Source: an uncultured Gammaproteobacteria bacterium
Lineage (GTDB): Bacteria; Pseudomonadota; Gammaproteobacteria; DRLM01
NCBI GenBank assembly: GCA_963729605.1
Contig: CAVSNY010000002.1
Span: 352,001-416,000 of the forward strand
Reading direction: 5' to 3'
Length of the DNA: 64,000 nt
Position 1 is the stretch's first letter; each line of letters opens with the position of its first letter. The notes below the pieces were generated by a model. The model was not told the DNA's origin, ran no database searches, and saw nothing but the letters and a program-made list of their open reading frames with translations. Below, piece by piece: positions 32,622-41,555 of the stretch. The position numbers were made by a program, and so were the translations under genes.

Positions 32622-33374
32622 ATGGTGCGGCGCGATGAATTGCTGGCGTATCTCGATGTGTTGCTGGAACGGGAGCGTTTCCGCGATTACGCGCCTAACG
32701 GTTTGCAGGTGGAGGGCGCGGAGAGTATTACCAAACTGGTGAGCGGAGTCACCGCCAGCCGTGCCTTGGTGGAGGCGGCGGTGGCGGCGGGCGCCGATGC
32801 GCTGCTGGTGCATCACGGCTATTTTTGGCAAGGCGAGGACCCGCGGGTGGTGGGCATGAAAAAGGCGCGTTTGGCGCCGTTGCTGGCGCATGACGTCAAT
32901 CTGTTCGCCTATCATTTGCCTCTCGACGCCCATGACATATACGGCAATAACGCCCAACTCGCCGCTCGGCTGGGGATCACCGTGAGCGGGCGCTTCGGGC
33001 CGGAGTCGGCCCTGGCGATGTACGGCGAGTTGAACGTGCCGCTGTCGATGGACGCGTTCGCGCGGCATATCGAAAGGACGCTGGCGCGTGCGCCAACCTG
33101 CGTGAGCGGCGGTGAACATGTCATACGCCGCGTGGGCTGGTGTACCGGCGCGGCGCAAAAATACCTCGAGGCCGCCGCGGCCCTGGGTCTGGATGCCTAC
33201 ATCAGCGGTGAAATCTCCGAACATACCGTGCATGCGGCGCGCGAATTGGGCATCCATTTTTTCGCGGCGGGTCACCACGCCACGGAACGCTACGGCGTGG
33301 CGGCCTTGGGTGAGCATGTGGCGCGACGTTACGGAATAGAGCATGTGTTTATCGATCTGGACAATCCCGCGTGA
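32622..33374 (+). CDS. Nif3-like dinuclear metal center protein (YbgI)
   Basis: DYAPNGLQVEG, HHG, YHLPLDAH, GHHATERYG. Confidence 0.95.
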   Translation: MVRRDELLAYLDVLLERERFRDYAPNGLQVEGAESITKLVSGVTASRALVEAAVAAGADALLVHHGYFWQGEDPRVVGMKKARLAPLLAHDVNLFAYHLPLDAHDIYGNNAQLAARLGITVSGRFGPESALAMYGELNVPLSMDAFARHIERTLARAPTCVSGGEHVIRRVGWCTGAAQKYLEAAAALGLDAYISGEISEHTVHAARELGIHFFAAGHHATERYGVAALGEHVARRYGIEHVFIDLDNPA

Positions 33375-33462
33375 AATGAACGCGCGTTGCGTCTTCACGA
33401 GCGTGGATTGGCGGGCTTGTAAATGGACAATTTAATTGATTCGATTTGTCTTTTTTCGAGCG

Positions 33463-33492
33463 TTGACACGCTCCGCGCAATTGGTCTAGGAT
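33463..33492 (+). promoter_or_regulatory. candidate sigma70 promoter for the act operon
   Basis: TTGACA-18bp-TAGGAT in an AT-rich spacer. Confidence 0.5.
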
Positions 33493-33862
33493 TCGGGACC
33501 CGGCGTAATTGAAGATGCAACGATAATTAGCGGAATATTTCTAGGGTTTCCGCGAGATAACGACAAGACTCTTGGGGAAATTTGGCGGTTGTTGGAGTGC
33601 CAGATATAACGAGTTTGTTTTACAGGGTAAGGGGGATGTTCGGATGTGCTGTTTATCCCGCCGTGTTTTCTCGTCGCTTGAAAGTGGATTAGATCCCCTC
33701 TGATGGGTATCGAAGGAGCGGCTAAAAAGACGGAATCCCAAGTAACGATTTATTATCTCGTGCATGCGGGCCTGACGGTTTGCTGCTCGTTGTTGGTGCG
33801 TGCGTAATCAATCAGAGGCCGCCGCGAACATGGAACTAGGTGAAAGCCGATTTGGGGGGAAG

Positions 33863-34510
33863 ATGTCAGTCAATGATCGTGGCTTCATGAGCCTGATAAG
33901 CAAGGCGGAAGAGTTGGACAGGGGGCGCAAGAGGACGTGGTTGTGGGCGTCTTTTTTGCCGTTGGTGGTGTTTGTGTTCATGATGTCTTCAGTCGAGGCT
34001 TATGCGGAGGGCACGGTGCCCAATGCGGTTGCGCCTAAAGGGACTCATGAAGGCGAAAATGTGCCGCAGCCTATAGATTTCCCTCACGATGTTCATGCCA
34101 AGATCAACGAAATTAATTGCATGTATTGTCATACCTACGCGCGCCGCAGCGCGGTGGCGGGTATTCCCCCCACCAGCAAATGCATGGGTTGTCATAGCGT
34201 CATCGCTACCGACAAACCCCGTATCCAACAACTGACTGAATACTGGGAAAAGCGTGAGCCGCCGCCGTGGAGAAAAGTCCACGACGTGCCGGATTACGTG
34301 CATTTCACCCATGAAAAACATTTGAAGCGTTTTGTGTTCGATAATCCGGAGTTGCCTGTTGAGCGGGTTTCGGAAGTGTGTGCGTTTTGTCATGGTGATG
34401 TTAAAAACATGACGGTCGCGCACAAGGTAAAACCGCTGAATATGGGTTTTTGTGTGCGGTGTCATGAAGCAAACAAGGGTCCCTCGGACTGCTGGAAGTG
34501 CCATAAATAA
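33863..34510 (+). CDS. actA: Alternative complex III pentaheme cytochrome c subunit
   Basis: Five CxxCH (CMYCH, CMGCH, CAFCH, CVRCH, CWKCH), QPIDFPH, VPDYVHFTH; start uncertain (33830/33863). Confidence 0.9.
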   Translation: MSVNDRGFMSLISKAEELDRGRKRTWLWASFLPLVVFVFMMSSVEAYAEGTVPNAVAPKGTHEGENVPQPIDFPHDVHAKINEINCMYCHTYARRSAVAGIPPTSKCMGCHSVIATDKPRIQQLTEYWEKREPPPWRKVHDVPDYVHFTHEKHLKRFVFDNPELPVERVSEVCAFCHGDVKNMTVAHKVKPLNMGFCVRCHEANKGPSDCWKCHK

Positions 34511-34595
34511 CCAACGGCGCGAGGAGTCGGTGCTCCCCCTAGGGTGGCGTGGCTGTGGGCGCGCCTGATGAAACACTGAAACGGATGGCTTGCTT

Positions 34596-36821
34596 ATGAG
34601 TGGTATTGAAATCAACCGCAGAGATTTTCTTAAGGTTATGGGCTGGAGTGGCGCGGGTGTCGCATTGGCGGCCTGCGATATGCCGAGCACCGTGACCTTG
34701 GAAGAAGGTAAAGAAGAAGTCACTTCTTATATATTGCCCGAGGAATATGTCATTCCGGGTGTCGGCGTCTATTACGCATCCACCTGTCAGCAGTGTTCGG
34801 CGGGTTGCGGTATATACGGCCGGGTACGGGAAGGCCGGGTCCTGAAATTCGAGGGCAATCCCGACGCCCAGATCAATTACGGCAAGCTTTGCCAGATGGG
34901 GCAGGGCGGCGTGCAGGCGCATTACAATCCGGACCGCATCACCAAGCCCCTCGTCCGCAAGGGCGGCGCCCTGGTGGAGGCGAGCTGGGATGAAGCCTTG
35001 GGACTCCTCAAGCAACACGTCGGCCCCGAGTCGGCGTTGAGCGGCGATAAGTTTGCCTGGGTGACCGGTACGGTCAGCGGCCATCAAGCGGTGCTGTTGC
35101 AGGCCCATTTGGAAGCCATGGGTTCCGGTCATCACTTCGTCCACGAGGTCATCAATAACGCCGTCGGCCAGGCCGTGAACAGCGAGATGCTGGGCGAGGC
35201 GCAGCCGAGTTATCGTTTCGACGAGGCGCGGGTCATCGTGTCCTTCGGCGCGGACTTCCTCGGCACCTGGATGTCCCCGGTCCATTTCGCGACGCAGTAC
35301 GCCAAGTTCCGTGAGGCGCCGCGCGGCATCCTGGTGCAGATCGAACCCAAGATGACGCTCACCGGCGCCAACGCCGATTTGTGGCTGGCGGTGCGGCCCG
35401 GTACCGAGGGCGTGTTGGCTTTAGGTCTCGCCAATACCTTATTGGTTAAACATAAGCGCGATGCCGGCGCCATTCCCGCCGAAGTCCAAGAAATTATCGC
35501 CCGCTACGATCTCGACACCGTGCAGCGCATCACCGGCGTGGCCGGTGACCGCATCGTCAAGGTCGCCGGCTGGCTGGACAGCCAGTCGCCGAGCTTGGTG
35601 TTGGCGGGTGGCACCGCTGAAGGCCAGGCGCATGGTTATGAAACCACCGCCGCGGTGATGTTGCTCAATATTGTTTTGGGCAACGTGGGGCGCACCATCG
35701 TCTCCAACGGCGAGCTTCCCTTTGCGCAAATGGCGCCCAAGAACGGCAATACCCAGGCCTTGTTGAATTTCGCCGAGACGGTGGAAAAAGGCGGCCTCGA
35801 GGCGGTGTTCTTCTATAACACCAATCCGGTTTACACTGCGCCGTCCTTCCTTAATCTGGCCGAGAAACTCAACGCCGTACCGTTCAAGGTGGCGTTCGCC
35901 CAATTCCCCGACGAGACCGCGATGCGCGCCGATCTGGTGTTGCCCATCCACTCGCCGTACGAAGACTGGGGCACCCATGTCGCCGCGTATAACGGGAATC
36001 AGATCGGTGTCCAGCAGCCGCTGATGGAGCCGCTCAATCCCACCACCCGCGGTTTCGGCGACCTGCTGCTGGAGATGCTCAAGTTGCGGAAGGGCGAAAC
36101 CTACGGCGCTTTCGCCGATTATTACGCCTATCTGAAACAGGCGATCAGCGCCTTGCCGGTCGAGCTGAAGCAACCGGCCCGCCTGCACGAGCCGCAATGG
36201 CAGCAGGCCTTGCAGACCGGCCTGATCCCCGTCTCGCGTCAGCCGCGCACCCTCAGTCCCAAGGCGGTGGCGGTGAGCGTGCCGGACTATGCGCCGAACA
36301 ATCAATACCCCTATCACTTGGTGCCTTCGCCGCGGCTGGGTTTGTGGGACGGCCGTCACGCCAATATTCCCTGGCTGCAAGAGGCGCCCGACCAGATCAG
36401 TAAAGTGGTATGGGACTCCTGGGCGGAAATGCACCCCATCACGGCGCAGAAACTGGGCGTGACCCAGGGCGACGTGGTCACCATCACCTCGGATCAAGGG
36501 TCCATCGACGCCAAGGTCTACATCTATAAAGGCATACACCCGGACGCGATCGCGGTGCCGCTCGGCCAGGGCCATGAAAAAGAGTTCAGCCGTTATGCCA
36601 AGGATCGCGGCGTGAATCCGTTGAAGATTCTGAGCCCGCTGCGCGATGGCAGGACCGGCGAACTGGCCCTGTACGGCACGCGGGTGCAGATCGCCAAGGC
36701 GGGCCGGCATGGGACGTTGGTGAGGATGGGCGGTAGCGAAATTCAAGTGGGCCGCAAGTTGGTGGCCACGGTTACCGCGGATGTGTTCAGACGGACGGAG
36801 GGTGGTCAAGATGTCGCTTAA
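34596..36821 (+). CDS. actB1: ACIII ActB1, molybdopterin-oxidoreductase-fold subunit, Tat lipoprotein
   Basis: RRDFLK Tat motif, LAAC lipobox, CQQCSAGC...C, FGADFLGTW, WLQEAPD..W. Confidence 0.85.
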   Translation: MSGIEINRRDFLKVMGWSGAGVALAACDMPSTVTLEEGKEEVTSYILPEEYVIPGVGVYYASTCQQCSAGCGIYGRVREGRVLKFEGNPDAQINYGKLCQMGQGGVQAHYNPDRITKPLVRKGGALVEASWDEALGLLKQHVGPESALSGDKFAWVTGTVSGHQAVLLQAHLEAMGSGHHFVHEVINNAVGQAVNSEMLGEAQPSYRFDEARVIVSFGADFLGTWMSPVHFATQYAKFREAPRGILVQIEPKMTLTGANADLWLAVRPGTEGVLALGLANTLLVKHKRDAGAIPAEVQEIIARYDLDTVQRITGVAGDRIVKVAGWLDSQSPSLVLAGGTAEGQAHGYETTAAVMLLNIVLGNVGRTIVSNGELPFAQMAPKNGNTQALLNFAETVEKGGLEAVFFYNTNPVYTAPSFLNLAEKLNAVPFKVAFAQFPDETAMRADLVLPIHSPYEDWGTHVAAYNGNQIGVQQPLMEPLNPTTRGFGDLLLEMLKLRKGETYGAFADYYAYLKQAISALPVELKQPARLHEPQWQQALQTGLIPVSRQPRTLSPKAVAVSVPDYAPNNQYPYHLVPSPRLGLWDGRHANIPWLQEAPDQISKVVWDSWAEMHPITAQKLGVTQGDVVTITSDQGSIDAKVYIYKGIHPDAIAVPLGQGHEKEFSRYAKDRGVNPLKILSPLRDGRTGELALYGTRVQIAKAGRHGTLVRMGGSEIQVGRKLVATVTADVFRRTEGGQDVA

Positions 36822-37665
36822 GAACATTCTTGAAAATTGGTCGCATTACCGGCGTGGCATCGAACAAGGTGGCCATCACAAATACGAACATATGTGGGGC
36901 ATGGCGCTCGACCTCAACAAGTGCATCGGCTGCAACGCCTGTTCCGTGGCCTGTTACGCGGAAAACAACCTGGCGGTGGTCGGCCATGACCGTTTCGCCA
37001 AGAATCAGGTGATGCATTGGTTGCGCGTCGAGCGTTACTGGGACGAACCGGATCTGGAAAAAGTGGCGGATTCGAGCAGTCAGTATCAGGAGCACGGCGC
37101 AAGCTTCCTGCCGATGATGTGCCAGCAGTGTAACGCCGCGACCTGCGAGCCGGTCTGCCCGGTGGCCGCGACTTATCACACGCCGGACGGTTTGAACGCG
37201 CAGGTCTACAATCGCTGCATCGGCTCGCGTTATTGTTCCAACAACTGTCCCTACCGTCTGCGGTATTTCAACTGGTTCTCCTTCTACGAAAGCTCGTGGC
37301 CGGCGCCGTTGCATCTCCAGCTCAATCCCGACCTCACGGTGCGCGACAAGGGTGTCATGGAAAAATGCACCTTCTGCGTGCAGCGGATTCGAGTCGCCAA
37401 AGATAAAGCGCATATGGCGGACCGTAAGGTGATCGATGGGGAATTTCAGACCGCCTGCCAACAAAGCTGCCCGACCACGGCCATCGTGTTCGGCGACATG
37501 CTCGATCCCGACAGCAAGGTGAGCAAGCTTTGGAGTACTCATCAAGTGCAGCTTGGCAAGATCAAGCAAGCCAAGCAGAATCAAGAATTGCGCGGTTATC
37601 GGGTCTTCGAAGCTCTCAATACGGAACCCAAGGTGATGTATATGGAGCGTGTGCGCGAGGTATAG
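36811..37665 (+). CDS. actB2: ACIII ActB2 iron-sulfur subunit
   Basis: CIGCNACSVAC, CQQCNAATCEPVCP, CIGSRYCSNNCP (3Fe-4S type), NPDLTVR.KGVMEKCTFCVQRI. Confidence 0.9.
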   Translation: MSLKNILENWSHYRRGIEQGGHHKYEHMWGMALDLNKCIGCNACSVACYAENNLAVVGHDRFAKNQVMHWLRVERYWDEPDLEKVADSSSQYQEHGASFLPMMCQQCNAATCEPVCPVAATYHTPDGLNAQVYNRCIGSRYCSNNCPYRLRYFNWFSFYESSWPAPLHLQLNPDLTVRDKGVMEKCTFCVQRIRVAKDKAHMADRKVIDGEFQTACQQSCPTTAIVFGDMLDPDSKVSKLWSTHQVQLGKIKQAKQNQELRGYRVFEALNTEPKVMYMERVREV

Positions 37666-37719
37666 AGTCGTCGGTACCTCGTGGTAAGGGAGAGAGGAAT
37701 TTAACCAATCAGGTGGCAC

Positions 37720-39123
37720 ATGCAGACGAAAGACATTAACGAGCAAATCAAGTGGGCGCAGATCAACAAAGACGTCCTGAGCAGTATGGAAAATCCGCGC
37801 ATGGCCTACTGGGTCGCGGTGGCGGTTTGTATAGCGATGATCGCTTGCGCCGCGGCAGCCGTGGTCTACACCTATACTACCGGGCAAGGCGTGCTCGATC
37901 TGTACTGGCCGGAAATGTGGGGCTTGTTCATCGCCACCTTCATTTTCTGGATCGGCATGAGCCATTCGGGAACCCTGTTGTCGGCGATTCTGCACATCGT
38001 CCATGCCGACTGGCGTAAACCGATCTACCGGTTCGCCGAGGCCATGACGACCTTCTCGCTGATGACGGCGGGCCTGTTCCCCATCATCCACTTGGGGCGC
38101 ATGTGGAACATGTACTGGGTGCTGCCCTACGTCAGCGACCGCGGCATCTGGCCCAACTTCCGTTCACCGCTGGCCTGGGACTGTTTCGCGATCTTCACCT
38201 ACCTCACCTCGTCGGCGTTGTTCCTGTTCATCGGCATGATCCCCGACTTGGCCATTTGCCGCGACAATGCCAAAGGCTGGCGCAAAAAACTCTATACCGT
38301 GTTGTCGCTGGGCTGGGCGGGCACCGATCGCCAATGGCGCCATTTCCGCAAGACCTATCTGTTGATGGCCTGCTTCCTGATCCCGTTGGCGGTGTCGGTG
38401 CATTCCATCGTGTCCTCCGACTTCGCCATGTCCATCATGCCGGGTTGGCACATCACCAGCTTCCCGCCGTACTTCGTGGCGGGCGCGCTGTATTCGGGTT
38501 GCGCGGCGATCATCACCCTGTTCATCATCCTGCGTTACTTCTTCCGCTTTGAGGAATACATGACCATTCCCATTTTGGAGAAGACCTGCAAGCTGACCTT
38601 CGTCATCGCGATGGTCTGGTCTTACCTGAACTTGGTTGAGTTCGCCGCCACCTGGTACGGCCACGACGTCGCCGCCAAGGAAGTGTTGTGGGACAAGTTC
38701 ACAGGGCCTTATTCGCCTTACTTCTGGGCCATGTTGTTCTTCGGATCGGTGTTGCCGTTCACCTTGGCCTTCGAGAAGCTGAGGCGGCATCTGCCGACCA
38801 TGTTCGTGGTGTCCCTGCTGCTCAACGTGGGCATGTGGCTGGAACGCTGGATGATCGTCTCGCCCACCCTGTCGCTCGCCTATCACCCCTTCGCCTGGAA
38901 GGTGGTATGGCCGAGCATGGTGCAATGGGCCGTGGTGTTCGGCAGTTTCGGTTGGTTCGGCTTGTTGTTCTTGGTGTTCGTCAAGGTCTTCCCCTCGGTC
39001 TCCATGTACGAGGTGAAGGAAATGGTCTATCACCGCCGCCGTGCTCATGTGGAAGAGCATGCCAAGACCTTCCATCGCCGGAATTCCGATCCGCAACCGG
39101 CCATTGATACGCCAAGCACATAG
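37720..39123 (+). CDS. actC: ACIII ActC, NrfD/PsrC-family quinol-binding membrane subunit
   Basis: FIFWIG.SHSGTL.SAIL, R.AEAMT, HLGR.W, NFRSPL.WD, SVHSIVS.DFA. Confidence 0.93.
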   Translation: MQTKDINEQIKWAQINKDVLSSMENPRMAYWVAVAVCIAMIACAAAAVVYTYTTGQGVLDLYWPEMWGLFIATFIFWIGMSHSGTLLSAILHIVHADWRKPIYRFAEAMTTFSLMTAGLFPIIHLGRMWNMYWVLPYVSDRGIWPNFRSPLAWDCFAIFTYLTSSALFLFIGMIPDLAICRDNAKGWRKKLYTVLSLGWAGTDRQWRHFRKTYLLMACFLIPLAVSVHSIVSSDFAMSIMPGWHITSFPPYFVAGALYSGCAAIITLFIILRYFFRFEEYMTIPILEKTCKLTFVIAMVWSYLNLVEFAATWYGHDVAAKEVLWDKFTGPYSPYFWAMLFFGSVLPFTLAFEKLRRHLPTMFVVSLLLNVGMWLERWMIVSPTLSLAYHPFAWKVVWPSMVQWAVVFGSFGWFGLLFLVFVKVFPSVSMYEVKEMVYHRRRAHVEEHAKTFHRRNSDPQPAIDTPST

Positions 39124-39134
39124 GGAGTTTTAGA

Positions 39135-39662
39135 ATGAGCAAGCATCGTATTATGGGATTGTTCAGTGATTTCGAGCAGGCTTTTGCGGCGATAGCGGAT
39201 ATCCGCGCCCATAAGATTCCGGGCGTGACGGTGGATGACGTGACCTTGAAGTCGCCGATCGAACATCCGGAAATCGAAGAGGTGTTGGGCGAACGTCCGG
39301 CCCATGTGCCGAAATTCACCTTGATGGGGGCCTTGTTCGGTTTGACCTTCGGGTTCCTGTTCCTGGCCTCGGCGCAGGCCACCTTCCTGGTGCAACCCCA
39401 GGGTGGTAAACCGGTGGTGCCTTTGCCGTCCAATTTCGTGCTGACCTATGAGCTGCTGATCTTGTTCGGTGTCGCCTTCACCGTGATCAGCTTTTTCATC
39501 GGCGCGGGCATGGGGCGCAAGCGCGACACCCTCTACAGCGAGATGGTGAGTCTGGACCAGGTGGGGGTCTTGCTCGAGGTGGATGAAAACAAGGCGCAAG
39601 CGCTCAAGGATTTATTCAAAGAACACAAAGTGGTCGAAATCCGGGAAGAGGTCGCACGATGA
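39135..39662 (+). CDS. actD: ACIII ActD (DUF3341)
   Basis: Two TM helices, GGKP, TYEL.IL; position after actC. Confidence 0.85.
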   Translation: MSKHRIMGLFSDFEQAFAAIADIRAHKIPGVTVDDVTLKSPIEHPEIEEVLGERPAHVPKFTLMGALFGLTFGFLFLASAQATFLVQPQGGKPVVPLPSNFVLTYELLILFGVAFTVISFFIGAGMGRKRDTLYSEMVSLDQVGVLLEVDENKAQALKDLFKEHKVVEIREEVAR

Positions 39663-40213
39663 GATTGGCTAAATATATATTGGCGGGCGCGTTGCTCCCG
39701 GGGACCGCCTTCGCATGGCCGTGGTCAACCGACATGGTGAATCAGCCCTCGGTCAAACCCCAGGAAGGGAAGATGATGTTGTTCCCGGCGCGGTCCATCC
39801 CGGTGCAAGGGGTCCCCACCGAGGTGGCGAACCGGGACGAGAGTAAGGAACTGGTTAATCCGGTTCCCGTGAGCCCAGAGTCGCTTGAAAAGGGCCGGAT
39901 ATTGTACAAGGTGTTCTGCGCCGCTTGTCACGGTCTGACCGGAGCGGCGGAATCGCCGGTCAGTAATAAGATCGGCGCCATCGCCCTCAACGACGATTAC
40001 GTGCAGACGATGCTTACCGAAGGCTGGATATGGGGCACGATCACCTTCGGCAGTGCCATCATGCCCGCTTATGGGAAGCCGACCGGCCGGGAGGACATGC
40101 GTGGCACCAACGACTTGAGCGTAGAAGAGCGTTGGCATGTAGTGAATTATGTGAAGCATGGTTTGATGAAAGAGCCGCCGCCGGCCGTGACCGCCGCGAC
40201 CGCGAACCAATAA
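39659..40213 (+). CDS. actE: ACIII ActE monoheme cytochrome c
   Basis: DMVNQPSVKPQE, CAACHG, MPAY, ERWHVVNYV. Confidence 0.88.
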   Translation: MRLAKYILAGALLPGTAFAWPWSTDMVNQPSVKPQEGKMMLFPARSIPVQGVPTEVANRDESKELVNPVPVSPESLEKGRILYKVFCAACHGLTGAAESPVSNKIGAIALNDDYVQTMLTEGWIWGTITFGSAIMPAYGKPTGREDMRGTNDLSVEERWHVVNYVKHGLMKEPPPAVTAATANQ

Positions 40214-40252
40214 GTAGTAATGGCGCCACGCTAAGATATTTGAGGGGAATCC

Positions 40253-41287
40253 ATGGAAAACTTCGGCAGCTGGTCAGTATTGACTACCAACTTTCTCTTT
40301 GTGCTGTATTTGGCGTTGGGGGGGGTGACCTTTTCGTCGATTCTGCATCTGGTCAACGGCAAATGGCGTTTTCAGGTGCGCCATCTCGCCTGTTCACTGT
40401 CGGTATTGTTCCCGATCGCCGGAATCTTGCTGTTGATCCTGCTGGCGAACGGCAATGCGACCTTTAGTTGGCTGGCGGAGGCCAATCATGATCCGGAGCA
40501 TCATTTGCCGGGTTGGCATAATTACACTTTCCTGGTCGCGCGCCAGATCATCGGCTTCTTGCTGGTGTGGGGGATGTATCGCACCTTCATCAAGTACCAG
40601 GCGGCTAGCGAGGTCGATAGTTCTTATGCCGCGCAACGCCGTTTCCGCAATATCGCTTTGATGATTCCCTTCGTCTATGTGCTGTATGGGACGATGGTGG
40701 CTTGGGACTTTGAAATGACTCAGGTGCCCGGCTGGCACAGCGCCAGCTATGGTTTCTATCATTTCCAAAGTGCTTTCCATATGTTCCTGGGTTTCTTCGC
40801 GGTGCTGCTGTATTCCCTGCACCGCTCCGGAAAGCTGGCGATTTCCATCGAGCCGCACATCTTCAATTACATGGGCCAGTTCATGCTGGGTATGACCATA
40901 TTGTGGACATATCTCTATTTCACCCAATACCTCATCATGTGGTACGGGCGTTTGCCGGACAACATACTCCGTTACGACGGCATGATGTATAACGATTTGG
41001 CGCCGTTGTGGTGGACCTTCCTGACCCTAAAATTCATCATCCCGTTCTGCACCCTGGTCATCACGCCTAATCGCCATAATCCGGTGATTATCACCCTGGT
41101 GGGCTGCTCCATTGTGTTGGGATGGTGGATCGAACGTTACACCTGGATTGCCGGCTCCGTTGAACCTCAGTATCATCACATTCCGATGTCGTCGATCACC
41201 GACATCTTGTTTACCGTGGGGGTTCTCGTGGTCGCTTGGATTGCTGTGAAGTGGGGAATGGCGCGCCAAGGGCTTATCCGCGGCTAG
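40253..41287 (+). CDS. actF: ACIII ActF membrane subunit
   Basis: Polytopic membrane protein; WDF.M...PGWHS, LWTYLYFTQYLIMWYG.LP. Confidence 0.85.
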   Translation: MENFGSWSVLTTNFLFVLYLALGGVTFSSILHLVNGKWRFQVRHLACSLSVLFPIAGILLLILLANGNATFSWLAEANHDPEHHLPGWHNYTFLVARQIIGFLLVWGMYRTFIKYQAASEVDSSYAAQRRFRNIALMIPFVYVLYGTMVAWDFEMTQVPGWHSASYGFYHFQSAFHMFLGFFAVLLYSLHRSGKLAISIEPHIFNYMGQFMLGMTILWTYLYFTQYLIMWYGRLPDNILRYDGMMYNDLAPLWWTFLTLKFIIPFCTLVITPNRHNPVIITLVGCSIVLGWWIERYTWIAGSVEPQYHHIPMSSITDILFTVGVLVVAWIAVKWGMARQGLIRG

Positions 41288-41555
41288 TGTAAGGGAGATT
41301 GGATAAGTCGCCGACGACAACGCCATTTTAAGAAGAATGGCGTTGTCGTTTCTTGGTTAGGTTGGAGGGGGAATAATTAACATAACTGTTGTCATGACGG
41401 GCGCGCCTAATAAGACGCCCGATTATAAAGATTAACGAAAAGTCACTTCTGTGGTACTTCCGCCTGAAGTAACAATATCGACGCGCAGTCTGGTTTTGGG
41501 ATTGCCGCCCCGCGCGGGGCGGCGATGTGACATCCCTTTGTCTGATGGTGATGCT

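Noticed and set aside
33863-39123. Interpretation as Qrc, Nrf or polysulfide reductase
   Set aside because: Presence of ActD (DUF3341), monoheme ActE and ActF identifies ACIII.
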